A stretch of DNA of 64,000 nt from Candidatus Eiseniibacteriota bacterium. GTDB lineage: Bacteria > Eisenbacteria > RBG-16-71-46 > CAIMUX01 > VGJL01. The position numbers and the translations under genes were made by a program. The stretch lies in assembly GCA_963792585.1 (NCBI GenBank), contig CAWBWI010000001.1:1675624-1739623 (forward strand). The letters run 5' to 3'. The notes beneath the pieces were generated by a model. That model was not told the origin of the DNA, ran no database searches, and saw only the letters and a program-made list of their open reading frames with translations. Each line of letters begins with the position of its first letter. The stretch's first letter is position 1. This document shows, piece by piece, positions 27,136-36,849 of this stretch.

Positions 27136-29006
27136 TGGACGCGTCGAAAGATCCTCGCGCCGCGTACGAGGACAGGCTGAAAGCACGGGTCGCGCTTGCG
27201 CGCTCGCTATCGAGGCGGGAGGGCGCGATCGCCAACGCCCGGCTGCTCCTCTTCGGAGCCTTCTTTCTCCTCGCATGGCTCGGCTTCATCAGCCGCGGCA
27301 TTTCCCCCGCTTGGTGCGCGCTCCCGTTGGCGCTCTTTCTCTGCCTGGTCGTCGTCCACGATCGCGTGATCCGGGCGCGCAAGCGGGCGGAACGCGCCGT
27401 CGCCTTCTACCGGCGCGGCCTCGCACGGCTCGATGACGCATGGGTGGGCACGGGGGAGGCGGGAACGCGGTTTCTGGATGCCGCACACCCGTATGCGGAG
27501 GACCTCGATCTGTTCGGACGCGGGTCACTCTTCGAACTGCTCTGCGCCGCCCGCACGCTGGTGGGTCAGCAGACCCTGGCCGACTGGCTTTGCAATCCGG
27601 CGTCTCCCGCCACGATCAGAGAACGGCAGCCGGCGGTTGCCGAGTTGTCCTCGAAGATCGACCTGCGGGAAGACCTGGCCGTGCTCGGCGAGGCTGTCCG
27701 CGAGGGAACCGATCCGCACGCCCTGACCGCCTGGGCGTCGGCGCCCGAACGTAGGCTCGGGCGGGAGATCCCCATCATCTCCACGGCCCTCACCGCGCTC
27801 GCCGTCGCCACCCTGCTCGCGTGGACCCGCTTCCACGCGGGACCCCTGCCCTTCGCCGGGGTAGTCTTGCTGCAGATCTTCTTCCTGCAGCGATGGCGGC
27901 GCCGGATCGCCACCGTCCTTGCGGCGGTCGAAAAGCCGGGCAGCGAGTTGCAACTGCTCGCGCAGACGATGCGCCGGCTGGAGGCGGAACCGTTCGAGGC
28001 GCCGCGATTGCGAACGCTTCGATCCGCACTCGATACCGAGGGCCTTCCGCCTTCCAAGCGGATCGCCGGGCTCGCGCGGCTCCTCGATCGGGTCGAATGG
28101 GCTCGCAACGCGATCTTCGCACCCCTCGCGCTGATCCTCATGTGGTCCCCCCACCACGCCTATGCGATCGACGCCTGGCGCGGCCGCTACGGCGCAGCGA
28201 TCGCCCTGTGGCTGGATGCGCTCGGAGAGTTGGATGCCGCTTGCTCCCTGGGCGGGCAGGCATTCGAGCGCCCCGCCGACTGCTTCCCCGAGATCGTCGA
28301 CGGGGATCCCGTCTTCGATGCGGTCGGACTGGGCCACCCTCTTTTGCCCGAGTCGCAGTGCGTCCGCAATGACGTGCGTTTGGGCGAAGGGCTTTCGCTC
28401 TTGATCATCAGCGGGTCGAACATGTCGGGTAAGAGCACCATGCTCCGCACCGTCGGCGTGAACTCCATCTTGGCGTTCGCGGGCGCCTCGGTGCGCGCGC
28501 GAAGCCTGCGGATCTCGCCTCTCGCGGTCGGCGCATCGATCAGCCGCCACGACTCATTGCAGGAAGGCACGTCCCGCTTCTACGCCGAGATCAAACGGTT
28601 GCGCCAGATTGTCGATATCGCCGGCGGGACCATCCCACTCCTCTTCCTGGTCGATGAGATCCTGAACGGCACGAACTCCCACGATCGGCGGATCGGCGCC
28701 GAGGCGGTCGTTCGCGGGCTCGTCGATCGCGGAGCGATCGGAATGATCACGACCCACGATCTCGCCCTGGCACGGATCGCGGAACCGCTCGCGGATCGCG
28801 CGGCCAATATCCACTTCGAGGACTCCATCCAGGACGGACGGATCGCCTTCGACTACACGATCCGCCCCGGGATCGTGCGCAAGAGCAACGCGCTGGCGCT
28901 CATGCGCGCGGTCGGGCTGGATGTCGGAACGAAGGACGACGCCGCGTGGCGCGGCTTTGCGGAAGATAGCGCACCGACCGACCCCGAGCCGGAGGGGATC
29001 CTCTAG
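27135..29006 (+). CDS. Membrane-anchored MutS-like ATPase (domain V only; not canonical MutS1)
   Basis: N-terminal TM helices; HPYAEDLDLFG; GHPLL; Walker A SGSNMSGKST; SRFYAE; LFLVDEILNGTN; TTHD. Confidence 0.85.
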   Translation: MDASKDPRAAYEDRLKARVALARSLSRREGAIANARLLLFGAFFLLAWLGFISRGISPAWCALPLALFLCLVVVHDRVIRARKRAERAVAFYRRGLARLDDAWVGTGEAGTRFLDAAHPYAEDLDLFGRGSLFELLCAARTLVGQQTLADWLCNPASPATIRERQPAVAELSSKIDLREDLAVLGEAVREGTDPHALTAWASAPERRLGREIPIISTALTALAVATLLAWTRFHAGPLPFAGVVLLQIFFLQRWRRRIATVLAAVEKPGSELQLLAQTMRRLEAEPFEAPRLRTLRSALDTEGLPPSKRIAGLARLLDRVEWARNAIFAPLALILMWSPHHAYAIDAWRGRYGAAIALWLDALGELDAACSLGGQAFERPADCFPEIVDGDPVFDAVGLGHPLLPESQCVRNDVRLGEGLSLLIISGSNMSGKSTMLRTVGVNSILAFAGASVRARSLRISPLAVGASISRHDSLQEGTSRFYAEIKRLRQIVDIAGGTIPLLFLVDEILNGTNSHDRRIGAEAVVRGLVDRGAIGMITTHDLALARIAEPLADRAANIHFEDSIQDGRIAFDYTIRPGIVRKSNALALMRAVGLDVGTKDDAAWRGFAEDSAPTDPEPEGIL

Positions 29007-29425
29007 GCCTTGGTCTCTTCCGAGGCGCCCGTCCGCTTCAGATCGACGGAGATCGAGTTGATGCAGTATCGCTGACCCGTCGGCGCAGGTCCGTCATCGA
29101 AGAGATGTCCGAGGTGCGAGCCGCAGCGGCTGCAAGTCACCTCCGTGCGGATCATCCCGTGGCTCCGGTCTTCGGTCAACGTAATGCGCTCGGGATCGAT
29201 CGCATCGAAGAAGCTCGGCCAGCCGCAACCAGAATCGAATTTCAGGTCGGAGCGAAAGAGCTCCGCGCCGCAGCCCGCGCACCGGTAGACGCCCGGCTCG
29301 TGACAGTCCCAGTACTCCCCCGTGAAGGCGCGTTCGGTCCCCTTGCGTCGAAGCACTTCGTACTGCTCCGGTGTGAGTAGCTTGCGCCACTCCTCCTCGG
29401 TTCGCTCGAGTCTATCGTCCACCAT
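29003..29425 (-). CDS. msrB: Peptide-methionine (R)-S-oxide reductase MsrB
   Basis: GTERAFTG, CAGC, KFDSGCGWPSF, RTEV.CSRC.SHLGHLFDDGP, RYCINS. Confidence 0.96.
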   Translation of the reverse strand: MVDDRLERTEEEWRKLLTPEQYEVLRRKGTERAFTGEYWDCHEPGVYRCAGCGAELFRSDLKFDSGCGWPSFFDAIDPERITLTEDRSHGMIRTEVTCSRCGSHLGHLFDDGPAPTGQRYCINSISVDLKRTGASEETKA

Positions 29426-29440
29426 CGATCTCCTCTTGTC

Positions 29441-30340
29441 CTATGGTGTCGCGGGGCGCGCCCCATCGAGCACTTTGCGCAATGCCCGGATGTGGTCCGG
29501 AGTGGTCCCGCAGCACCCACCCACAATCGCGACGCCGATGTCGAGCAGCTCCCTTGCCCTCGCGGCCATGAATTCCGGCGTCTCCCGATAGACGATCGAG
29601 GTTCCGTCGCGTTCGGGCAGTCCGGCATTTGGCTGGATCAGGATCGGCAATGTCGATTGCCCGCGAAACTCGCGCGCCACTCCGATCATCGATTCGATCC
29701 CGCTCCCGCAGTTCGATCCGACCACATCCGCCCCCGCCTCGGCAAGCTCCCGCGCCGCGCCCTCGATCGTCGTTCCCATCACCGTGCGGTAGCCGCGCGG
29801 CGTCGCGTCGAATGTCATCGTCGCAAAGACGGGGATTTCGGCGGAAACCGCGCGAGCCGCGGCGATCGCGAGCCTCGCTTCGGCGGGATCCATCATCGTC
29901 TCGATTGCGATCACGTCGGCGCCCGCCGCGACCAGCACTTCGATCTGCCTGTGGTAGCCGTCGAGAATCGCCGCGGGATCGGCGTCCCCGTACGGCTTGA
30001 GGATCCGGCCCGACGGCCCCACCGACCCGGCGATCCAGGCGCGGCGACCGATCGCCGCGCGAACCCGCTCGACCGCAAGCCGGTTGATCGGCTCCATCGA
30101 GCCTTCGATTCCGTAGAGGGCGAGCTTCATCGGGGAACCGCCGAATGTGTTCGTCGTGACGAAGTCGGCTCCCGCGTCCGCATATGCCCCGGCAATCTCG
30201 ACGAGCCACTCCGGATCGGTCAGGACGATCGACTCGGGGCAGACGCGCGGCTTCAGTCCGCGGGCGATCAGCATCGTCCCCAGACCGCCGTCGAACAGGA
30301 GTCGCTCGCCCGCCCGGAGTCGCGCGAGGATCGGGTTCAT
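29441..30340 (-). CDS. Homocysteine S-methyltransferase domain protein (stand-alone MetH Hcy module)
   Basis: LFDGGLGT, TTNTFG, AGSVGPSG, IETM, Zn-ligand motifs GSNCG and GGCCGTTPDHI, PNAGLP. Confidence 0.9.
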   Translation of the reverse strand: MNPILARLRAGERLLFDGGLGTMLIARGLKPRVCPESIVLTDPEWLVEIAGAYADAGADFVTTNTFGGSPMKLALYGIEGSMEPINRLAVERVRAAIGRRAWIAGSVGPSGRILKPYGDADPAAILDGYHRQIEVLVAAGADVIAIETMMDPAEARLAIAAARAVSAEIPVFATMTFDATPRGYRTVMGTTIEGAARELAEAGADVVGSNCGSGIESMIGVAREFRGQSTLPILIQPNAGLPERDGTSIVYRETPEFMAARARELLDIGVAIVGGCCGTTPDHIRALRKVLDGARPATP

Positions 30341-30969
30341 CCGAGCAGGGCCTGCACGCGCTCCACCGCGTTCGCGCCGTCGAAGCCGTATGCATCGGCT
30401 CCGAATTCGCGCGCGATCTCCTCCGACAGCGGGGCGCCGCCGACGATGGTGCGGATCTTCCCGCTGAGGCGGCGGGCGCGGAGGAGGTCGACGACTTCCT
30501 TCATCACCGGCATCGTCGTCGTGAGCAGGGCCGACATGCCGATGACCGTCGCGCCCGATTCCCTCGCGGCCTTCACGAACTGCTCCGGAGCGACGTCGTT
30601 GCCCAGATCGATGACCTCGAATCCGGCGCCCCGGAGCAGGATTGCGACGAGGTTCTTGCCGATGTCGTGCAAGTCCCCGCGGACCGTGCCGATCACGATC
30701 TTCCCCCGGAGCGGGATTCCCTCCTGGATGAGCAGGGGTTTCAGTTCATCCATGCCCGCGTACATCGCCCGCGCGGCCATGAGGACGTCGGGGAGGAACA
30801 TCTCGTGGTGGCGGAACTTCTCCCCCACGACATTCATCCCCGCGATGAGACCTCGATCGAGGATCTCCTTGGGTGGAATTCCGAGAGCGATCGCCTGGCG
30901 CGTCAGCGCCGCGACCCTCTCCTCCTCACCCAACTTCAGATCCTCCGCGATCCGGGTCAGTATCTCCAT
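30337..30969 (-). CDS. Corrinoid (B12-binding) methyl-carrier protein, cap plus B12 domain
   Basis: GMNVVGEKF..MFLPDV; GDLHDIGKNLV (DxHxxG); MSALLTTT; VGGAP. Confidence 0.93.
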   Translation of the reverse strand: MEILTRIAEDLKLGEEERVAALTRQAIALGIPPKEILDRGLIAGMNVVGEKFRHHEMFLPDVLMAARAMYAGMDELKPLLIQEGIPLRGKIVIGTVRGDLHDIGKNLVAILLRGAGFEVIDLGNDVAPEQFVKAARESGATVIGMSALLTTTMPVMKEVVDLLRARRLSGKIRTIVGGAPLSEEIAREFGADAYGFDGANAVERVQALLG

Positions 30970-30979
30970 CCCGCCCTCC

Positions 30980-31693
30980 CTAGTCGTGTTCCATGACCCG
31001 CAGGATGCGCGCGCGGCAACCTCTCGCCCGGCATTCGCGGCAGAACGGATAGCTGTCCTCGAAAGCGTGGATCTCGCGCGCTCCCGCGACGACCACGCCC
31101 GACATCGATTTCAATGGCTGCATCAGGTAGCTCTCCCGCAGGCTGATCCCGATCTCCTCGGGCTGAAGGGCGGCAAAGAGCCTCCGCTGCCCGCTAATGT
31201 GCCAGCCGCAGTAACCGGGGCTGTAGCGAAGCACCCCGATTCTCGGCCCGCCAATCCAGTGCCACCCGAGCGTTTCGCGAAAGCGACCCTCGATCCGATC
31301 GCCGGCCTGCTCGGTCGCCGCGGAGGCGACGGCATCGAGCATCGTACCGAGCGCGAATTCACGGGACCCGAAGCGCCGCAGGATCTCGCAGCTGACCGCT
31401 TCGCCGACCGTGAGGGCGAAGAGCGCCATCCGGTCCGCGCGAGGGAAGACCTGCGCCAGAGGCGTCACGGGCTCGTTGCGGTCCTCGCCGTGATAGATCG
31501 ACACGAACTCTTCGGGCGAGATATCCGCCACAACGGCCTCGGGCGCCGCGTGGGATGCGAAGATCTCATATGCGGACCGCAGCATCTCCTCGTTGCGCGG
31601 GCTCGGAGTCCCCGGAGGCATCCCCAGTTGCGCCAGGACCGCGCCTCGATCGGGAAGGATCTCCTCGGCCGGGATCTCGACGATATCCCTCAT
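30980..31693 (-). CDS. Stand-alone MetH reactivation (AdoMet-binding)-like domain protein
   Basis: LFALTVG, MLDAVAS..EQA, RYSPGYCGW, GISL.ESYLM.PLKS.SG; C-terminal CRECRARGC. Confidence 0.8.
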   Translation of the reverse strand: MRDIVEIPAEEILPDRGAVLAQLGMPPGTPSPRNEEMLRSAYEIFASHAAPEAVVADISPEEFVSIYHGEDRNEPVTPLAQVFPRADRMALFALTVGEAVSCEILRRFGSREFALGTMLDAVASAATEQAGDRIEGRFRETLGWHWIGGPRIGVLRYSPGYCGWHISGQRRLFAALQPEEIGISLRESYLMQPLKSMSGVVVAGAREIHAFEDSYPFCRECRARGCRARILRVMEHD

Positions 31694-33144
31694 GGGTCAC
31701 GCGCCGGGAGGGACGGCATTCCATGACGACGGGCCTCCGTCTCCATCCTGCGGACCAGCTCTTGCTTCGCGGAATCGGACAGGCGGGAAGGAGTCGCCGC
31801 GGAGATCTTCCTCTCGACCTCCCGGTGAGCCCTCTCTCCGAGCGTGAGACCGCCTTCTTCGAGCCACCGGGAGCGGTTCGCCCGATCGATCACCGGGCCG
31901 GGGAATAGGTGCTCGTCGCGGAGATGCCGGCGCGTGTGCTTGGAGATCAGGAGGTGTCCCTCCCGAAGGAGTTCTTCGAAATGGGGCAGCGCCGGGAAGT
32001 CATCCCTCGGGACGATGCCGCGACCGAGTCGCAGCGCCATCCCGGCAATCTCGTTGTCGAGGAGGAGCTTTTCCAGACTCTGGCAGCTCTCGAAGTCGAG
32101 CATCCCGGGGCCCGAAACGCTTTGAATCCCCGAAAGAACGGCGAGTGTCGCTCCCATCGAGGTCTCGAGACCGGCCTGCGCATCGAGCTGCTTTGCATCG
32201 CTGAGGGATGTATAGGCCTGCGTCGGTAGGCCGAGATGGCGGCCGATCTCGGCATAGGCGCAGTCGAGGAGCATCGTCTCGGGCGCGCCCATCGGGGTCG
32301 TCTCGTAACGAACGTCGAATGCGGCGGGAGAGCCGCCGTAGAGGACCGGTGCGCCCGGAGCGGCCAGCTGACCCATCACGATGCCGCTCAACGTCTCGGC
32401 GGTGTGCTGGACGAGGCTGCCGACGATCGTCACCGGCGACATGAATCCCGTGAGCGGCATCGAGATCGTCTCGACGGGAATGCCGGACCGCGCGCAGTCG
32501 ATGAGGTTCTGCGAGGTCACCCGGCTCCACTTCAGGGGCGCGGTCGGACAGCAGGAGAAGATGGTGAGAGGCTTGGCTGCGAGCTCTCCCTCAGAACCGC
32601 GGACGATCACCTGGAGATCGCGCATGATCTCGAACGACTCGATCGTGAAGGCGCCGGTCACCACGGGCTTCTCGCCGTAAAGGAGGCTCAGGAAGAGCCG
32701 GTAGCTGTCCTGAATCGGCTCCGGGACGTCGGCGGGGATGAAGGCGGTGCTCTGCGCGGCGATGTGTTCGAGCCCATCCACGAGCTTGACGTGGCGAATG
32801 TAGTCACGCGTGGTCGGCTTACGCATTTTCCCCGTATCCGGGTCGAGGATATGGATGGCGGCGGAGCCGGGCGTGAAGTAGGTCCTTCCGTCCACGAAGT
32901 CGTGGGTTTCGACCCCGAGAAGATCGTGCAGCTTGAAGGAGCGCGGCGCGGTTCCGAGCGCCCGGTCGATCAGATCGCCGGGGATGCGGGCCCGGCCGCC
33001 CTCGATCGCGGCGCCATGATCGCCCAGCAGGGCCAGCGCCTCCGGGTTGTGGATCTCGGTCCCGAGCGTCGCCAGCAGGCTGCGCGCCTCGGCGAGGATT
33101 CGTTCGATGAGCGGAACATCGAGGAAACGGACGGTGGGTCTCAA
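31690..33144 (-). CDS. MttB-superfamily (trimethylamine methyltransferase-like) corrinoid methyltransferase, non-pyrrolysine
   Basis: PTAPLKW, SPVTIVGSLVQHTAETLSG..QL..PGAPV.YG, MGAPE, SLSDAK..DAQAG.E, GMLD..SLEKLLLDNEI; no in-frame TAG; TTG start. Confidence 0.9.
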   Translation of the reverse strand: MRPTVRFLDVPLIERILAEARSLLATLGTEIHNPEALALLGDHGAAIEGGRARIPGDLIDRALGTAPRSFKLHDLLGVETHDFVDGRTYFTPGSAAIHILDPDTGKMRKPTTRDYIRHVKLVDGLEHIAAQSTAFIPADVPEPIQDSYRLFLSLLYGEKPVVTGAFTIESFEIMRDLQVIVRGSEGELAAKPLTIFSCCPTAPLKWSRVTSQNLIDCARSGIPVETISMPLTGFMSPVTIVGSLVQHTAETLSGIVMGQLAAPGAPVLYGGSPAAFDVRYETTPMGAPETMLLDCAYAEIGRHLGLPTQAYTSLSDAKQLDAQAGLETSMGATLAVLSGIQSVSGPGMLDFESCQSLEKLLLDNEIAGMALRLGRGIVPRDDFPALPHFEELLREGHLLISKHTRRHLRDEHLFPGPVIDRANRSRWLEEGGLTLGERAHREVERKISAATPSRLSDSAKQELVRRMETEARRHGMPSLPARDP

Positions 33145-33251
33145 CGCGTTGCCCCCCCCGAGCCAGATCGGAACGCTGCGGTTCGTTCGGACGCTGGCGA
33201 TACTAGCACCGAAGGCAGGGGGGCGGCCAGGAGACGGGAGGTCCAGGAAAC

Positions 33252-33277
33252 GGGAGGTCCCGTCGTCGGGACCTCCC
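33252..33277 (-). terminator. Rho-independent terminator of the cytochrome c gene
   Basis: 11-bp stem GGGAGGTCCCG / CGGGACCTCCC, 4-nt loop, followed by GTTT on the minus strand. Confidence 0.6.
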
Positions 33278-33287
33278 TCCTGGCGGA

Positions 33288-33884
33288 CTACTTGCCCATC
33301 GGCGCCATCTGGTGCGTCGGCGCCTGGTTCCTGATAGGCGGGACGGACTGGAGGTAGGCGAAGATCGACTTCAAGTCCTCATCGGTTGCCTTGCCGATCC
33401 CCGGCCACGGCATCGGCGGGAGGATCGGCTCGCCCTTGCCCATGTGCTTTCCCGTCCTCATCGCCTGAATGAAGATCTCGGGGGTCCAGGAGCCAATGCC
33501 GGTTTCCATGTCGGGGGTGAGATTGTAGGAATAGGAGATTCCCCATGGTCCGGCGAACACCGTCCCGGAGCCATCCCCGAACCACATCCACGAGCCTTCA
33601 GGCTTCGGAGGCGGGGAGATCTGCATTCCCTCCGGAGAGCCCGATAGCAGACGCGCCATGTCGGGCTCCGGCCCGTTGGGCCCCATCTTGAAAGGCGTAT
33701 GGCAATCGTTACAGCCGCCCAACGCAACGAGGTACTTGCCTCGCTCAATCATCGCCTTCTCCCCGCCCGGAGCCGGAGCAGCCTGCGCCGGCCGGACACC
33801 ATGGACTTCGCTCATCACGAGGAGAATCGCCGGCAAGCTGACAACGAGCATGCCCAAGAACTTGGTCATCGATGACCTGGTCAT
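33288..33884 (-). CDS. Periplasmic c-type cytochrome (single CxxCH)
   Basis: Signal peptide; ERGKYLV..GGCNDCHTP; NLTPD..GIGSW; PPMPW (axial Met); DEDLKSIFAYL. Confidence 0.85.
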   Translation of the reverse strand: MTRSSMTKFLGMLVVSLPAILLVMSEVHGVRPAQAAPAPGGEKAMIERGKYLVALGGCNDCHTPFKMGPNGPEPDMARLLSGSPEGMQISPPPKPEGSWMWFGDGSGTVFAGPWGISYSYNLTPDMETGIGSWTPEIFIQAMRTGKHMGKGEPILPPMPWPGIGKATDEDLKSIFAYLQSVPPIRNQAPTHQMAPMGK

Positions 33885-34114
33885 ATTCAAATACCCCCAC
33901 TGATTCGTGACTGGATGACGTGACTCTGGGCTCGCGCCCATCCTCCCCCTCCTTCGGCCCGGTCCGAAACGGGGAGGGAGCAACAGGCATTCTGCCCGGG
34001 ATCTCGCCATGATCAACACAAAAAATCGCGTGGCTGAGTAGCCGCGCTCATAGTGTAGAGTCACAGGTCTCCTAGAAACCACGCGGGCCCCACTCACCGG
34101 AGGTCGAGAACCGC

Positions 34115-35716
34115 ATGATCTTCGTATGCAGGCGACAAGTTTGCCGAGTTTTCTGGATTGGCATCGCCGCCATGATCGGCATGTATCCCATTGTCGCACA
34201 ATCTATTACGCAGGTACCCTCCGTCGCGCAGCCGGACAGCGCGCTGGCGGTCACTCTCGCGGGGATCGAGGGGGCGCCCCTTGCGCTCCCCGACGCCGTC
34301 CGGTTGGGGCTCGAAGCGACCTCCGCAGTCCGCGAAGCGCGGGCCGGACTCGAGGCGGCCCAGGAGGCGGTAGGGCGGGAACGGGGTTCGTTCGATCCCA
34401 CCTTGTTTGCCGACCTTACCCGGAGGAGTGACGATCGGTTGACGGCTTCGGCCTTCTCCGGCGCTCCGGTACTGAAGACCCGCGAGACGATCGCATCGGG
34501 GGGCGCCAGCGTCCACCTGCCGATCGGCACCGACCTGTCGGCCACACTGAACGCGCAGAGGACGACGACAAATTCCTCGTTCGCTTCCCTCAATCCACAG
34601 TACGACGCGTTCGCCGGACTCACGATCAGACAGCCGCTCCTGAAGGGATTCGGCCCCGCAGCGAACCAGGACTTCAGGTCCACCCAGCGAATCCTCGATG
34701 CGGCGCGGGCCGGCTATCTCGACGCCGTCCTGGGCGCGCGGGCGGACATCGAGTCGACGTACTGGAATCTCTATGCGGCGGAGCGGGATCTCGCCGTGCA
34801 GGAACTGATCTTCGAGCGCGCCCAAGCTCTTCTGGTCGAGACGCGCACCCGCGCCACGGCGGGACTGGTCGGTCCGAGTGCGACCGCGAGCGCCCGCGTC
34901 TTCGCCGCAGAACAGGAGCAGGCCGTTCTGGACCGTGAGGAGGATCTCGATCTGATCAGCGATCGGTTGGCGACCCTGATCGGGGTCCGCCCTCCCGGCG
35001 GACAGCGGCGGTGGCGTCCCACGGAAAGCCCGTCGACCGACGTCGCGGTCCTGCCGGCCGACTCCCTCGTCGCGCTCGCGATTCAGCGAAACCCCGGCCT
35101 CGCCGCCCTGCGCGCCGCGTCGGAATCGGTGCGCGCGCTCGAACGCGGGGCGGCGTGGGATGCTCTTCCGCAAGTCGATCTCGTCGGATCGATCGGCGGC
35201 TCGGGGCTCTCGGGGACCGGGCGGGACGTCATCTTCGGCAGCGATACGCTGCGTGCCGAGTCGAAAGGCGATCTGGGTGAGAGCCTGCGACAGGTTCGCT
35301 CGCGAGACTATCCGAGCTGGAGCGCGGGCATTCGTTTCTCGATGCCCTTGCTCCTCCGCGACGGGAGAGGCGAGCGAGATCGTCTGCGCGCGGAGACCCG
35401 TCGGGCCGACGAAGTGACGGTCGCCACCGAGCGCGCGATCGAGGAGCGCGTGCGCGCGGCCCATCGTGCCCTCGTCCACGCCGGCCAGCGTTTGGCGGCC
35501 GCCCGGGAAGGGGTCGACGCCTCGCAGGAGCAGGTTCGGATCGGACTCGTCGAGTACCGAAACGGCCGTTCCACAGCCTTTGAAATCGTCCGTCTGGGCG
35601 CCGACCTCGCCTCGGCCCAGCAACGCTACTCCCGGGCCCTCGTGCGCGCCGCGCAGGCGACGGCGGAGATTCGGTACCTGACCGCCGAGGATCCCCCGAT
35701 CCTCGCGTCGGAATGA
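34115..35716 (+). CDS. TolC-family outer membrane efflux protein
   Basis: QPLLKGFG, YWNL, ALPQVDL, YRNGRST..E; first gene of the MFP-RND operon. Confidence 0.85.
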   Translation: MIFVCRRQVCRVFWIGIAAMIGMYPIVAQSITQVPSVAQPDSALAVTLAGIEGAPLALPDAVRLGLEATSAVREARAGLEAAQEAVGRERGSFDPTLFADLTRRSDDRLTASAFSGAPVLKTRETIASGGASVHLPIGTDLSATLNAQRTTTNSSFASLNPQYDAFAGLTIRQPLLKGFGPAANQDFRSTQRILDAARAGYLDAVLGARADIESTYWNLYAAERDLAVQELIFERAQALLVETRTRATAGLVGPSATASARVFAAEQEQAVLDREEDLDLISDRLATLIGVRPPGGQRRWRPTESPSTDVAVLPADSLVALAIQRNPGLAALRAASESVRALERGAAWDALPQVDLVGSIGGSGLSGTGRDVIFGSDTLRAESKGDLGESLRQVRSRDYPSWSAGIRFSMPLLLRDGRGERDRLRAETRRADEVTVATERAIEERVRAAHRALVHAGQRLAAAREGVDASQEQVRIGLVEYRNGRSTAFEIVRLGADLASAQQRYSRALVRAAQATAEIRYLTAEDPPILASE

Positions 35717-36849
35717 TGAGGAGATTCCTGATGATCGCGATCGATCGATACCCTGATTCCCCACGATTCGCTGCGTGCTTGCTCCTCGCCCTCCTCGCCG
35801 TCGCGCCGGGGTGCGCGAAGAAGAACGCGGCGCAGGGCGGCTTCAAGATGCCTCCGACGCCGGTCGAGACCGCGATCGTCGCCTCCGCCCCGATGGTGGA
35901 TCGATTCGAGGTGATCGGATCGATCGAGGCGGGGGAGGCGATCACCGTCGTGTCCGAGATCGATGGCGCGATCGTGAGCCTTCCCTTCCGTGAGGGCGAG
36001 CCGATCCGCCGGGGCGGCCTGATCGCCCAGATCGACGACGCCCAGCTTGCCGCGGACGTCGACCGCGCCGAGGCGCTGCGCGCGCAAAGCCAGGCGACCT
36101 TCGATCGCGTGAAGTCGGTCGTGGATCAAGGGGCCGGCGCGCCCCAGGACCTCGACGACGCCGCCGCGGCCCTGAAGGTGGCGGAGGCCAATCTGGCGCT
36201 CGCCCGCACGGCGCTGGCCAAGACCCGGATCGTCGCGCCGTTCGACGGGATCGCCGGCGCCCGTCGCGTCAGCCCCGGCGCCTTCGTCCGCGCGGGACAG
36301 GCGATCACCGACCTCGCGCAGATCACCGAGATCCGGGTCAACTTCTCCGCGCCCGAGCGCTATCTCGGCAAGCTCGCACGGGGCGCCGGGTGACCATCTC
36401 CACGACCGCCTATCCGGGCTACGGAACTCAAGGGCAAGATCGATGTGATCGAGCCCGTGCTCGACCCCGCGACGCGCAGCGCGCGAGATCGTCGCGCGCG
36501 TGGCCAATCCCGGCGGACGATTCCGCCCGGGCATGTCGGCGAACGTGACCGCCGTCCTGAGCGAGCGCGGCCGACGCGCTCGACCGTGCCCAACGAGGCG
36601 GTCTTCGTCGAGGGCAACCAGGCCTTCGTCTACGTCGTGAAGGCCGACAGCACGGTGACGCGCGACGGCGCTGACCCTCGGGATCGCGCACGCCGGAGGC
36701 CGTCGAGGTCGTCCAGGGTCTCGACGCCCGGAATGCGGGTCGTCCGCGCCGGCCACCAGAAGCTCTACGAGGGCGCGAAGGTCATGCCGATCCAGAGCCA
36801 GGGGGCGGCCGCCAGTTCTGCGGCGCCGGGCGCGGGAGGGGCGCGATGA
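35713..36849 (+). pseudogene. RND efflux membrane-fusion protein, frameshifted near 36390 and later (probably sequence error)
   Basis: Lipoprotein start (APGC), IVAPFDG, F.APE. Continues in other frames as IEPVLDPATRS, VPNEAV and VVRAGHQKL. Confidence 0.75.

Noticed and set aside
31690-33144. Pyrrolysine or other recoding in the MttB homolog
   Set aside because: The ORF is uninterrupted, the equivalent codon is CTC (Leu), and no pyl genes are in the window.
33145-33287. Cobalamin or SAM riboswitch ahead of the corrinoid operon
   Set aside because: The region is short and mostly taken by a terminator and a possible -10; no B12-box or SAM-I core recognised. An Rfam scan would settle it.
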